DNA of 63,849 bases from Gracilinanus agilis (taxonomy: Eukaryota), in NCBI RefSeq assembly GCF_016433145.1, contig NC_058131.1, forward strand, positions 556,366,887 to 556,430,735, written 5' to 3'. Below are positions 22,790 through 36,250 of the stretch, one piece after another. Position 1 is the first letter of the stretch. The number at the start of each line of letters is the position of its first letter. Below the pieces are notes generated by a model. The model did not search any database and was not told where the DNA came from. It saw only the letters and a program-made list of their open reading frames with translations. The translations under genes were made by a program, and so were the position numbers.

Positions 22790-25700
22790 GTACAGTGGGA
22801 AAAAAATCTGAATATAGAAAAAGATAATCTGGGTCTAGTCTCGCCTCTTTACAATCTACAAGACTTTGGGCAAGACATTTCAGTGAGTTTCTATTTCTTA
22901 TCTGTAAGATAGGGGGAATGGAAGAGATCATCTAAGTTCACTCAGCTCTAAATCAGTGTTACTACGAACTCTATTAAATGTAATGAAAGTTTAATGAGAT
23001 AATGATGATGCTGGCCTACAGGATGGAGTTTAGATCCCATGGAGTCAGTGAGATTAATCTAGTCATCAAATTCTGAAGTAGAATATCCAAGCTTTAAAGC
23101 TAAAATATTAATAGTGACAAGAAGGAATAAGTCTCCAGAATGCAAGGAGTCATTTGTCTTATTTCATTCTAAATTTTGAAAGAGACATGAATGAGTCAAA
23201 TTTGGAAATTGTGAAGAAGACAGAATTTATTATATCATGTATGTACCAGTATCAGGGCAACAATGAGAAGAAAAAGCAAAAACTAAAGCAAGAAAAGAAG
23301 GAAAGAGAAATGGAAGAAAAGAAGGACAGTAAAAAAGTAATTGCTCTTAGCAAACCTGAAATAGTCACTATCATTAATGCATGTTTTTTTTGTATCTCTG
23401 AGCCTCAAAAGCAGTGGCATCTCCTATACTAGAAATTTTGAATGTTCTCTAGTTTCCACTTTTCCTATTTCCATTTAATTTCTGGTTAATTTGTACTAAT
23501 GTGCTTGAGAGTTTCACAAATGACTGTCAACTGCTAATCAGTGATCAACCCAATGTATCTGGCACCAGTGATCTTGCTCTAGTACATACAGTATTGATGG
23601 TGAGTGTTTGACTTTGAGTCAGCAAGACCTCAGTTCTGATTCTGTCAGTTACACTTATTTACAGTGTGACCATAAGTAAATCTTTGAGCTCTAGTTGCTT
23701 CAACTACAAAATGAGGTAAAAATTTATCATGTATTTAGCTGACAAGATTTCTGTGACATTCAAAGGAAATAATGTATTCCAAACAATTTGTGAAATTAAA
23801 GTTATTTTAATTACCAAGGTAGTTATGTGCTAATAAGGACAGATAAGAGACTACTTCTGTAATTATCATACAACTATTTAATCTCTATTAATTTCCTCAT
23901 CCAAAACATGAGGAATTAAGTGATGTTACTTCCATCTCTGTTGCAACATTTTCCTAAGACAAAGTATGTAGTTGTGTGATAGAAGCATATAAATAACAGA
24001 AACTCATGTAGGGCCCCTTGGTTTTCTTTAGAGTCTAGTTGCTTTCTGGTCAAGATTTCTTATTATCTCAGCACACTTCAGGTATAAGGAAGTTTCTAGA
24101 TAGGACTTGATATAGAACCTTTCAATTCAAAGTAAACTAATGTTCCACTGATATTTAAGCCATACCTGATGCGAAAGAAATGAGACTGGCCATATAGTCC
24201 AATACTATGTGAATTGGAGGTGGAGTCAGAGATGTGGCTTGGGCCACTTATGAACTCTATGACCTGGGGTAGGTCACTTAGTCTTGTTGTACCTCCCTTT
24301 CCACATCTATAAAATGGATTCCATGATCCTCTCTAGTTCTAAGTCATAGAGAGCTAGTGGCACTACTGATACATGATTTCTTTTTCTTTGTCCTGAATTA
24401 AAATTATGTTTTGATGGCTGGATCCTTAAAATACAGAAACCTATGGCAAGGAAGGATCTTGTCCAATAATAATAACTTACCTTTCTGCAATGTTTTACAA
24501 TTTACAAAGAACTTAACGTGCACAATTTGTTTTATTTGGTTCTCACAATAACTTTGGAAGGTAGGAAACACAAGCAATATTCTAGTACTGAGTTCAATGC
24601 TCCAGAACTTGGGATAGTCCCTAACACATAGCAGGTGCCTAAAAAAATGTTTGTTAGTTAAATGACTGGTGAGTTTCAGAAAAGAAAAGCAGCAGGTCCA
24701 AATGTCAGAGCAAGAATTCACGTCTAAATTCTCAAGACTTCTATTCTCATCACACTATATTGTCTCAGCTAGCCATTTTTTTGCCCTTACATAGTATCCT
24801 CTTCTATATTGCAGATGTCTAGTTACTAATGTAGTTATGAAATAAAAATCTAAGGAATGGAGTGGAAAGGAAAGAAGTAAAATAACTGTGATGCTCTTCC
24901 CCTTTTGTCTTTCTATAATGTCATGTTTTGCCTTTAGTCATATCAGGTATATCTTTGAATTATTCCTAGGAAATTTTGGAGCTAGATTTGGAGCTGGATC
25001 TAGGTCATAGCACAAGGAGCAAGTGTCTTTAATGGTCTCAAAGAGACAGAGTCAGTACTTCTGCCCTTCAAACTGATATAACCCCGATTTCAAATCTCAA
25101 GCCTCACAATGGAAAACATTGCCTCATTGGAGAAAGGAGCTCAGAGTTTGAACACTATCAGCACATTCAAAGTTCAAGCACCTAAATCAAATATATGATT
25201 CCAACATAAATACTTACGTTCTCAAATATACTTTTCTCTATAATCCTTGGTCCTTCTCTTTTTCTTTCTGACAGACGTCTCTAAATTTTCTTCTAAATAC
25301 TTTCGCCTGATACAAGTAATTTGACACTGAAAATTATGCAATATTTCATTGATTTAGTGCATTTTAAATGAATTTTCTCTAGTTCACTCTGCTGTATTCT
25401 AAGCCTCTAGGGAGTAGCAACTTCAACAGCAGCATTGATTGTGCACACATGGCTCCCTATCAAGGAGATACGCAATCTTTATACTATGGAAATATATAGT
25501 CTCCTCCTTTGGAGAAATATGAAATCATCCTTCAGTGGGAATTATTAAGCTATTAAGTAAAATTTCCAAGGGACAAAAAATGTAAGATTTTTTTAGTGTC
25601 AGCTAGCTTTAGTACTATGCTAGAAATAAAGAATATTAAAGTTAGGGTCATTATTTTGTTAACTCTTGACTTTCTGTCCTCCAGATATGAATTATAGCAT

Positions 25701-25920
25701 CTCATATCTTATACATAGAATATCATATAGAAGGAATTATAGTTAAAAGAGGCATTTTATTTCAGGGCATCATTTACTATAGCTCTCAGAAGAAACTTGG
25801 AGATTATTAAGTTCAAACTCCCTCATTATATAGGTGATAAAACTGAGGTAAGGAGAAAGTCAAATTTCTCTGGACCACTCAGATGGCAACTATCACAATC
25901 CAAACTTTATCCATTACAGG
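22790..25920. mobile_element. Scattered MIR/CORE-SINE remnants (~22790-22955 +, 23585-23800 +, 24160-24350 +, 24470-24650 -, 25740-25920 -)
   Basis: Degenerate CORE motifs (gtgtgaccttgggcaagtcactt / ctcagtttcctcatctgtaaaatgg variants). Confidence 0.55.
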
Positions 25921-26149
25921 AATGTAATGCAATAGGGTTTTTTGTTTGTTTTGTTTTGTTTTTGTTTTCTTTGCTGTTTCCCACACAGAGGGTTATTAAA
26001 GCTATTCTTTAAATTGTCCAATTAAATGAAAATAGCTATTTGCACAGCCTATTTTTGTGTATTTATACAACTATTTACACAAACAGAAAACAACTATTTA
26101 CACAAACATTTCTACCTTAGAGCTATTTTACTTGTTTAAAAAAACTTGT

Positions 26150-26360
26150 TCTAGACTGCTCTATTGCAAAAAGGAATAATATGGAAAAAGGTATCAAGTG
26201 ATAACATTTGTATAACCCAGTGGAATTGCTTGTTGGCTCTGGGGGAGGGGAGGAAATAGGGGATGGAAAGGAAATGACTCATGTAAACATGGGAACATAT
26301 TTGAAAAATAACATTTTTAAATAAAACTTTTAAAATTTTTAAAAATTAAAAATAAAAAAA
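26150..26360 (+). mobile_element. L1 3'UTR fragment
   Basis: 'ataacccagtggaattgcttg...gggggagggg...catgtaaacatggg' plus A tail. Confidence 0.75.
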
Positions 26361-26619
26361 GTTTTTTCTATAACAATAAGAATCTGCTTTATTTTGAAAG
26401 CCACATATTGGTTCTTGTTATGATACATACAACCCATTTCTTTTTTTTCAACATTTCAGCCTTTTAAATAATAGAAAATAACTATTGTAAGTCATCTTTT
26501 CACAAATATTTTTCTTCCTAAAGTGAAATATCTTAAAATCATTCTCAATATCACAGTTTTATGACTTAAGGTGATCACCCAGAAATCACTCAGAAAGACA
26601 CTTTTGATTACAACATTAC

Positions 26620-27330
26620 TCCAATATGCCTCTTTCTTTCATCTGACACTATTACTACTCTGATGCAGACTTCACCTCATGTCTAAACTATTCAAAGAGA
26701 CTGATGGTGGATCTGATTGATTCAATTCTCTCCCCACTCCAATCCATCATCCATTCAGGCACAGAAGTGATTTTTCCAAAGCACAGATTCAAATATGTCA
26801 GCCCACCTCTCAATAAACTCCAATGGCTCCCTTTCACTCCAGATTCAATTACCAAATCCTTTTTGATATTGAGAGCCCTTCATAATCTATCTCTCTCCCA
26901 CCTATTCAGGTTTTTTACACCTTAGCCCCCACCATATGCTTCAATCAATTGTCACTCAAGTGACAATGGCCTCCTAGCTATTCCTTGAACAAAATATTCT
27001 ATCTCTCAGCTTTGGACACTGTCCCTGGCTGTTGTCATACCTAGCATGTTCTCTCTTGTCATCTCTATCTATTGACTTCACTTAACTTTCTTTAAGTTAC
27101 AACTAAAATACCATTTTCAGGAAATCTTTCCCAACCCCTCTTAATTTTAATGCATTCCCTCTCTTGATTATTTCCTGTTCATCCTATATATGGCTTGTTT
27201 GTACATATTTTTTCTTGCAGCCTCTCCCATTTGATCATGAACTCCTTTAATGCTGAGACTGTCTTTTGCTTCCTTTTGAATTTCCAGGGCCTAGCACAAA
27301 AGTGTTTAATAGCTATTTGTTGTCTGACTA
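26620..27330 (+). mobile_element. L2 3' region
   Basis: 'ccactccaatccatcatccat...caatggctccct' through the L2 tail. Confidence 0.7.
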
Positions 27331-27467
27331 CTGCCAGACTTGATGGGTATGAGTAGGCTATAATAGATTATAAACAAAGAGTTATGCAGGGAAAATCATA
27401 TATAGGATACAATCAAATTTCTGAAAAAAGAAAAGAGGTTGGATACATAGCAAAAACAAAGGAGAAA

Positions 27468-28667
27468 GGGTAGCTAGTTGGCTCAGTGGACAGAGAGCCA
27501 GACCTCGAGACAGAGGGTCCTGGGTCCAAATTGGACCTTAGACAATTCCTAGCTGTATGACCCTGGGAAAGTCACTTAATTCCTTTTTTTTTTTTTTAGA
27601 AAAATTTTTTTCCATGGTTACATGACTCATGTTCTTGCTCTGTCTCCTCAGACCCCCCACCCCACCAGTAGCCAATGAGTATTTCCACTGCTTTCTTCCT
27701 GTGTCATCTATCAAGACCTATTTCCATATTATTGATAATTGTTCTAGGATGGTCATTGAGAGCCTACATCAAAATCGTGTCCGCATCAACCCATGTGTTC
27801 AAGCAGTTGTTTTTCTTCTGTGTTTCTACTCTTGTAGTTCTTCTTCTGAATGTGGGTAGCATTCGTTTCCATAAATCCCTCAGAATTGTCCTGGGTCATT
27901 GCATTGCTGCTAGTACAGAAGTCCATTACATTTGATCTTACCACAGTGTGTCATTCTCTCTGTATAATGTTCTCCTGGTTCTGCTCCTTTCACTCTGCAT
28001 CAATTCCTGGAGGGAATTCCAGTTCACATGGAATTCCTCCAATTATTATTTCTTTGAACACAATAGTATTCCATCACCAGCATGTACCACAATTTGTTCA
28101 GCCATTCCCCAGTTGATGGGCATACCCTCATTTTCCAGTTTTTTTGCCACCACAAAGAGCATGGCTATAAATATTTTTGTACATGTCTTTTCCCCTATGA
28201 TCTCTTTGGGGTATAAACCCAGCAGTGGTATGGCTGGATCAAAGGGAAGGCAGTCTTTTAGTGCTCTTTGGGCAGAGTTCCAAATTGCCATCCAGAATGG
28301 TTGGATCAGTTCATAACTCCACCAGCAGTGCATTAATGTTTCAATTTTGCCACATCCCCTCCAACATTCATTACTCTCCCCTGCTGTCATTTTAGCCAAT
28401 CTACTGGGTGTGAGGTGGTCCTCAGAGTTGTTTTGTTTTGCATTTCTCTAGTTATTAGAGATTTAGAACACTTTCTCATATGCTTATTGATAGTTTTGAT
28501 TTCTTTATCTGAAAAATGCCTATTCATGTCCCTTGCCCATTTATCAATTGGAGAATGGCTTGATTTTTTAATTGTCTGCCCCTTACAGATATTCTGCTTT
28601 GGAACCAATACTTAGTATTGATTCCAAGATGGAAGAAAAAGTGTTTTGTTTTTGTTTTTGTTTTATT
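27468..28667 (+). mobile_element. SINE1_Mdo-type SINE split by an L1 (halves 27468-27583 and ~28570-28667)
   Basis: 5' half ends at 'gtcacttaattcc'; 3' half contains 'ggaaccaatac..gtattgattccaagatgg'. Outer TSD AAAGGAGAA. Confidence 0.8.
27584..28569 (-). mobile_element. 5'-truncated L1 (ORF2 C-terminus and 3'UTR)
   Basis: Poly-T start; ORF2 Cys module CWRGCGKIETLMHCWW. Confidence 0.9.
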
Positions 28668-29070
28668 AAAGGAGAAGCAAAGAATAGCTCTCTTGCTCTG
28701 CTGGTGTCTTTATATTGCCAAGAAAATTTGAGAAAATATCTTTTCACTTTTGTTGAACCACCTGAAGTGAACTAATGGGTAGAAAAGGATGAAATCACAT
28801 AGAATGGGCAGGCATGGATGGATTGCAATCTGCAATTCTAGAGGGAATATCCACAGCAATGAGATGACAAGTCTGTTAGAATATTTAAGTACAAGATGGT
28901 TTCTTTACCTTTCCCCATCCATGTTACACCTTTCTTAATGTATTCTGGTTTGTAAATATTTGTCTTCAATGACAGCACCCGGAATTGAAGTGCAGGGTAC
29001 ATCAGGACCATCCTTGATCTGGATTCTATGCATCAATTCAAAAATTACAGAAAGTAAATTTGCAAATTTT

Positions 29071-29317
29071 TGTTGTTGAGTGATTTTTAATCATGTCCAA
29101 CTTTTCATGACTCCTTTTTGGAGTTTCCTTGGCAAAGATACTGGAATAGTTTGCCGTTTCCTTCTTTAGCTTACTTTACAAATGAGGAAACTGAGACAAA
29201 CATGGTTGAGTGACTTGCCCAGGGAAACATAGCCAGTAAGTTTCTAATGCCAAATTTAAACTCAAATCTTTCCAATTCTAGATCTGGCACTCTATCTACT
29301 ATGCCACTTAACTGCCC
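29071..29317 (-). mobile_element. MAR1-type SINE
   Basis: RTE-derived tail ('ttggcaaagatactggaatagtttgcc') joined to CORE and a tRNA-like head. Confidence 0.8.
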
Positions 29318-29519
29318 CAAATTTATAGATAGTAAAGATTTAGGGTTTTATTCTTTCATTCCATTAGAATAATAAGCAATTGTATTAATTTTGGCTAATC
29401 ATTTAACACTTATCTCATATTGAATTCACCAATATCCATTGAATTCACCACGTCTTTCTCATATGGGTTACTATTAAGCCAGGTGTTTGCTGTGTTGTGT
29501 TTATACAGCTAATTTTTGA

Positions 29520-30480
29520 GACAGAGGGACAGAGTGTAAAAAACTAAGGATTTAGAGGCAGAAAATTTAAGTTCACATGCTTATTCTTCTACATATTTCC
29601 TGCATCAATTTAAGCAAGACACTTTTCTCCTTTAAGTGCCAGGTGCATTTTATCTAAAAAAGTGGATAAAACGATCACTAAAGTTTCCTTCTATTGCAAG
29701 ATCTCTATGTTTACCCTAATCAAATTCCATTTTGTTAGCTTCACTCCATTGTACCAACCTAACAAGATTGTTCTCAAGCTTGATTCTATCAAACACTTAG
29801 TTGCCTGTGCCATTTATTTTATCTACAGACTTGAGACAAATGCATTCTGTTTTCATTCATGTCATTGTTAATAATACTGAACAAGTCACAACAACAGAAC
29901 AATGATCTTTTCACTAGAAATTTCCTTTAGTTTGCTGCTAATCTATTATCATCAACACCCTTTGGATACAGTTTTCCCACCAACTATGAACACAGAGAGT
30001 TATGTATCAGATTACTTTTCTCTATTTCCATCTTTGTCCTATGTTAAGCTGATTATAACTTTATGAAATCTTTTCCTGAAATAGAATTATAGTATTTATG
30101 TGGAAAAAAATGAACCTACATCTTCTTAATTCAGAGGCTGCCTTTCTATATACTCTGCCAGACTACTGCATGATACAGTAGAAAGAGGAATTAATTTGGA
30201 GTCAGAGGACCTTGGTGCACACAATGACTCTGCTTCTTACCACCTGTGTGACCTTAGAAAAGTCATTTGGCCTCTCTGAGCTTGACCTGTAAAATGCATG
30301 AGTCAGCTGAGGTCCTTTCTAACTCTAAATGAATGAGGTTTAAAATATATTAAATATTGATTATATATTAAGCCCTTGCTAAGATCTGGAGATACAAATA
30401 TAAGCAAGCAAGACATTTCATACCCTTAAAGAATTTATATCTTAACAGGCGAAGACAACATATATAGGAAACTAGAGCAG
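29520..30480. mobile_element. MIR remnants (~29520-29660, 30165-30335 +) and L2 tail (~30350-30480 -)
   Basis: Degenerate CORE and L2 motifs. Confidence 0.5.
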
Positions 30481-31059
30481 GAACAGAAAGGGGAAGGGAT
30501 AAGATTCTGTGATTCAATTGAAAGAGAAAGAAGAAAGAGTTTAAGTGGCATAATTTGAACCTGGCCAGATATTGATGTAGTGGCCCAGATGTAGCCAAAA
30601 TAGAGAGCCTGATATCTGGTCAAAGAAGTGTGAAAACCAGTGTAACATGGTTTGGAATTAGCCAGGAAGCTCCATAAGATTCTCTGAAATTATAAGTATA
30701 ATGTATATCTCTCAGTATCCCAGACAGTTCTCCAATAGGAAGAACATTTGCTGAACTATAGGGGTAAATGTAATTTCTTTTTAAAAGAATGCCCAATATT
30801 GATTAAATTACAGCCTTGTACAATTTTTTAAATAAAATACTTTTGCTTTCCTATGAGGTTTTTGTAGTGAACCTATACTGGTTTCTAGTGATTACAATTT
30901 TATTTTATAAATGTTCACTCAGAAAAATCTGTAACTTCTGCAACAAATCCTGTAACTTTATTACAAATTGCCATCAAGCACTCAGATTTGTAGTTTTTAT
31001 AATCTAGCCACCATTTCCTTTTGAAAATCAGGACAATATTTTCTGATCTCCACTTTTTG

Positions 31060-32010
31060 GACAATTTTACCATTCTCAAAAATTATCTTAAGATAATTTA
31101 AGGGACATAAATAGGCAGTTTTCAGATAAAGAAAACGAAACTATCAATAAGCACATGAAAAAGCATTTTAAATCTCTCATAGAGAAATGCAAATCAAAAC
31201 AATTCCAAGCAGATTGGCCAATATAGTAAAGGAAAATAATAAATATTGGAGAGGATGTGGCAAAACTGGAACGCTAATGAATTGCTGGTGGAGTTGTAAA
31301 TTGATCCAACCATTCTGGAAGACAATTTGGAACTATGCTCAAAGGGCTTTAAAAGAATGCCTGTCCTTTGATCCAGTCATATCACTACTGGGTTTGTACA
31401 CCAAAGAGATAATAGGGAAAATGCTTATGCAAAAATATTTATAGCTGCACTCTTTGTAGTGGCAAAGTATTTGAAAATGATGGGGTGTCCCTCGATTGGG
31501 GAATGGCTGAACAAATTGTGGCACATGATGGTGATGGAATACTACTGTACTGTATGGAATGATGAACTAGAGGATTTCTATATGAACTGGAAGAACCTCT
31601 AGGAACTGATGTAGAGTGAAATGAGCAGAACCAAGAGAACTTTATACACAGAAAGTGAAACATTGTAGAACAAAACAATTTAATGGACTTTGCTAGTACA
31701 AAACAATTCAAAGGGACTTATGAGAAAGAATGCCATCCACATTGAGAGAAAGAATTGTGGGAGGAGCAACAAAGAAGAAAAACAAATGACCAATCATTTA
31801 TTTATGTAAATATAATTGGAGGTTTTGGTTTTAAAAGATTGATCTACTGCAAAAATGAATAATATGGAAATAGGCATAAGTGATAACATTTGCATAACCC
31901 AATAGAAATGCTTATAGGATTTGGGAGGGAGGAGTGAAGAGGAGAGGGAAAGAAAATGAAATATGTAAACATGGAAAAATATTTTTAAAATAAAATAAAA
32001 AATATTGTTT
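31060..32010 (+). mobile_element. L1 ORF2 C-terminus and 3'UTR
   Basis: YWRGCGKTGTLMNCWW motif, G-rich 3'UTR, A tail. Confidence 0.85.
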
Positions 32011-32287
32011 ATGGCTAGTATTTTTGGTATCATAAGGAGGCATTAAATGAGATAGAAAACTAGATCTGGAGTCACAGAAGTGGATTTGAATCCTAAATAC
32101 ATCATTCATTTGATGTCTGATCCAAAGCTTTCCTAAATCTGGCCTGTCACTTCCCTCTCCACTTATTTCTTATCACATCCCTCCATTCTTCCTCTACTTC
32201 TAGAGGCCTGCTCTAGCTATGGCCTGCTAGCTATTCCCAGTGGAAAAAAAACTGCTTCATTTTTTTTTATAATTTATATACCTAGAA

Positions 32288-32470
32288 CAAGGGGTTTTGA
32301 CTCTTTCTGTATCTTGGATCCCTTTGGCTTTTTGGTGAATCCAATGGACTCCTTCTGAGAAGAGTCTTTTTAAAATATATATAAAAAGATAAAAAGAATT
32401 ACAAAGGGAACCAATTATACTGAAGTATAGTGATTGAAATATGTCAATGATCCCAAAGTTAAAACACCTT
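32288..32470. mobile_element. Ancient hAT-Charlie-type MITE (degenerate)
   Basis: Eroded TIRs ('caaggggttttgac' / 'gttaaaacaccttc') and loose 8-bp flanks. A related piece is split by an L1 at ~36899-37430. Confidence 0.45.
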
Positions 32471-32762
32471 CCTAAAGCTTAGTATAGTGTCTATTGGTTG
32501 TTTTGTGGTTGAAGTCATTTTCCCTTCTCTGGCCTTCATTTTCCCAAGTGTAAACTTAGAACATTAAAAAAAAGTTATATATGGTTACTTTAAATCCCAG
32601 CATTTTGTGATCTAAGATACTATCTGAACTCTCTTGCTATGTAGCTATCTTTTAAGAGTGAAACATAGTAACAATGATAATAAGAAGCATAACAGCAACA
32701 ATAGTTGACATATATAGTCATATACAATTCATAAAGGACTATAAGTTTAGAGGATGTTTGTC

Positions 32763-33734
32763 TCAATAAAGTGAGGATCTTATCATGAGGGATATTTCAG
32801 AAATCTTTTTGGGCTTCAAGTTTCGAGTCACAAGTTTCCTCATGGCAGCCTTCATGTCTTTGTTCCTTAATGTATAAATAATGGGATTCAAGATAGGGGT
32901 GAAAATGGTGTAAAATATGGCAAGGATTTTATCCACTGGGTAGGTGGTGAAAGGCCACACATAGATAAAGATGCAGGGCCCGAAAAACAAGATCACAACC
33001 ATGATGTGAGCACTCAGTGTGGAAAATGCCTTAGCCATTGCAGCAGAAGACTTATACCTGACAGTCAGCAGAATGACAATATATGAAATCAATAAAAGGA
33101 AGAAAGTGCTTAAGGAGAGAATCCCACTATTGGCCACAATTAATATTTGTATTGTATAGGAGTCAAGGCAGGCAAGCTTGGTCACTCTAGGAAGATCACA
33201 AAAAAAGCTATCTACCACATTGGGGCCACAAAAAGGCAAATTCACAGTGAATGACAATTGGCTCATAGTGTGCACAAAACCAACAGCCCAGGAGGTTAAT
33301 ACTAAGGCATTGCAGACATTCTGGTTCATGATGGTCACATAGTGTAGAGGTTTGCAGATGGCAACATACCTATCATAAGCCATGGAGACCAGCAGCACCA
33401 TCTCACCACCAGTGAAAAGGTGAATAAAAAAAATTTGGGCTATGCAGCCATTGAAGGATATGGTCTTGTGTTCATTCAGAAAATCTGCAATCATCTTTGG
33501 AGTAGCAAAAGATGACTGACAGATATCAACAAAAGACAGATTTCCCAGCAGGAAGTACATGGGAGAGTGCAGGTGAGCATCAAAGGTCACTGTAATGATG
33601 ATTAGAAGATTGCCCAGGATAATCATCCCATACAACAAGGAGAAGAAGAAGAAAAAGAAAAGCTGAAGTTCTTGAGAACTGGAGAGCCCCAGCAGCACAA
33701 ATTCAGAAACCACAGTAGAATTAGCTCTCTCCAT
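32763..33734 (-). CDS. OR4K5: Olfactory receptor, OR4K5 orthologue (323 aa from the first ATG)
   Basis: Intact 7TM ORF; CDLPRVTKLACLDSY, KSSAAMAKAFSTL and a long C-tail. The ORF-track start at 33746 is GTG; the ATG is at 33734. Acceptor AG at 33767-33768. Confidence 0.92.
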   Translation of the reverse strand: MERANSTVVSEFVLLGLSSSQELQLFFFFFFSLLYGMIILGNLLIIITVTFDAHLHSPMYFLLGNLSFVDICQSSFATPKMIADFLNEHKTISFNGCIAQIFFIHLFTGGEMVLLVSMAYDRYVAICKPLHYVTIMNQNVCNALVLTSWAVGFVHTMSQLSFTVNLPFCGPNVVDSFFCDLPRVTKLACLDSYTIQILIVANSGILSLSTFFLLLISYIVILLTVRYKSSAAMAKAFSTLSAHIMVVILFFGPCIFIYVWPFTTYPVDKILAIFYTIFTPILNPIIYTLRNKDMKAAMRKLVTRNLKPKKISEISLMIRSSLY

Positions 33735-34249
33735 GGACAAAAGCACCAGAATTGCTCAGAGAGAACCTTGAGAAGAAAGAAGGGAAATTAAAGTGATTGA
33801 ATACAAAGAATCATCCCTACTCTCTTTCTCACTCCAAACATCTTTATACAACTTTCAGGTGTATAATTAATTGTACATAGATATAATTATTATCACTGCT
33901 TAATATAATTAAATTCATTTCAATAAACATTTATTAGATGCCTATTATATACAAGGTAAGAGTTAGGATACAATGTTGATTTTAGTGTCAGGAAGACCTT
34001 CATTCAAATCCTGTAACTGAATCATGCTAATTGTTTTAATACTCCCCTATCTATTTTTTAGTGTACCTCTAATATTATAGCTCTAATATTTTTCAGGCAG
34101 TCCTCTAATATTGCATTGATAGAAGGAATTTATAATTGGAAATTCCCTTGAACAAAGATATTAAAGATTCAGTTTAAACATACATATATATGCATATATG
34201 TGTATAAAATATATGTAAATTTATATTATATATATACATGTTTATATAT

Positions 34250-35051
34250 TGTGAAGGATATGATCCTGTGTCTAAACACATGCGTATATACATATGTATA
34301 GATATACACATGGAAAAAATACAGCAAACACTTAATCTTACAAAGTATCTTCAGTTTATGTAATTGAAGTGAAGCTCATATGTGAACTCTTCAAGGCCAG
34401 GTGCAAAGATGTTAAGGAGACACATGTCATATAAAAGTAAACTATTTATTGAGAATATAAGGATAAAAAAGGATTTATAACTCTAAGGGATTCTAACTTC
34501 ACCCAAATCAAACTCCTTGTTTCTGCAAAGAACCAATTCTCCTGTTTCCTCAGGCAACACTGATCCTTCCTGATCTGACTAACCCAAATTTTCACTATTC
34601 TACAATAAATTAACACTATTATCCTTATACAAAGTTATAAAAATAACAAAGACCAGCTGGCTGAGCCTCAGCAAGAACCAAGTTAGGACTCTGAGCCTTA
34701 TAGGACTCAGAGTCCAAACCTAAGACCAGGTCTTTCTTTGGTCTTCTCAGATATAAAAATAATTTAGAAAATGTCAATAGACAGTCACTAGTGTTTCCCA
34801 AATTGGTAAAGGAAAATCACTTAGTTGCTTAAGGTTTTTCCCTGCTTTCCTTTTACCTCAGACAAGAGGGAGAAAAAAAATCACCTGTTCCCAACACTCT
34901 GAGAAAGAGAGAGTAACTGCTCCTTCTCAGAGTAATGGGCATACCCAGAGAAAGTAACTGCCACAGAAAAACCGTTAAACTATCAACATTTCAAATTGAC
35001 ACTGCCTCAGATCTTTTTAAACTCCAATTCTTTCTCAAGCCAGCTTCTCTA
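34250..35051 (-). mobile_element. Probable LTR-derived element
   Basis: Unique ~0.7-0.8 kb block with a minus-strand AATAAA near 34445 and CA-ending candidates. No TSD found; ends uncertain. Confidence 0.35.
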
Positions 35052-35374
35052 CATCTTATCTCTAATTTAATATAACAAGACTTAATTTCTAATATCATCC
35101 TTGTACTACTCAAAAATTGTCAGAATTTTCTATTTTCTATTAAACTTCAAACTCCTTTACCTGAGAAGATCCTTCATAATCTGCATCATTCTACATTTCT
35201 AGCCTTATTTTATATTATTTCCTCCATATATTCTATGGTTCATTTAAATTAAGGTATCCACTACCTCACTGGTATCCAGAAATCTCCATCTCACTACTCC
35301 AAATGTCTGATGGCTCATTTTTGGTATTTCCCTAATGTACCTCTAGAGATCAAGACAAATTTAATAACCACTAC

Positions 35375-35900
35375 TGAGCCTGTATCCCAGAGAGATAATA
35401 AAAAAGGGAAAAAACCTACTTGTACAAAAATATTTATAGCATCTCTTTTTTGTAGTCAAAAAATGGAAATTGAGGGTATGTCATCAATTGGGGAATGACT
35501 GAACAAATTCTGGTACATATTGGTGATGGAACACTTTTGTGCTATAGGAAAGGATTAGCAAGATGATATCAGAAAAATCTGGAAATATCTACAGGAATTG
35601 ATGCAGAGTGAAATAAGCAGAACTGGGAGAATATTGTACAGAATAAAAGCAAAATGGGATGATGATTATCTGTGAAAATGTGGGTTCTCTCAGCAATGCA
35701 ATAATCTGGGACAATCCTGAAAAATTTATGACAGGAAAAGCTATCCAATTCCAGAGAAAGAATTGTTGGAGTCATCTTTCACATCAGTGTATTTAAGGTT
35801 TTATTTTGGGGTTTGGTTATATACAAGTGTCCTCTTACAAGAATGACCAGCATGGAAGTGTTTTGAATGACAATAAAAATGAATAATTCAATAATTTAAA
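35375..35900 (+). mobile_element. L1 3' fragment
   Basis: ORF2 end (TCTKIFIASLF) and 3'UTR. Confidence 0.8.
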
Positions 35901-36049
35901 TTTAAATTTAAAAATCTTTATTAAGCAAAAAAAAGCCCAAACACATTTAATACTTCTATGTTAGTCTTCCAGAGCAGATTCATATCTTCCAAATACAATC
36001 TTCCAAAGTTTTCCAATGATGGGCCACAGGATCAAGAATGTAAATGTGA

Positions 36050-36250
36050 GGGGCAGCTGGGTAGGTCAGTGTATTGAGAGCCAGGCCTAGAGACAAGACA
36101 TCCTGGGTTCAAATCTGGCCTCAGATACTCCCTAGCTGTGTGACCCTGGGCAAGTCACTTAACCCCCATTGTCTAGCCCTTACTACTCTTCTGCCTTTGA
36201 GCCAATACACAGTATTGACTCCAAGACGGAAGGAAAGGGTTTAAAAGAAA
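36050..36250 (+). mobile_element. Full-length SINE1_Mdo-type SINE
   Basis: A/B-box head (GGGTTCAAATC), CORE and tail. 15-bp TSD AAGAATGTA(A/T)ATGTG at 36034-36048 / 36251-36265. Confidence 0.95.

Noticed and set aside
25500-25580. Greek-island-type Lhx2/Ebf composite enhancer (also TAATTAATTAAT at ~43508 and O/E-like sites at ~53380-53480)
   Set aside because: Only partial motifs, which are expected by chance in AT-rich DNA; no complete composite site seen.
28680-29060. Possible processed pseudogene fragment
   Set aside because: No frame gave a recognisable protein and there is no polyA or TSD.
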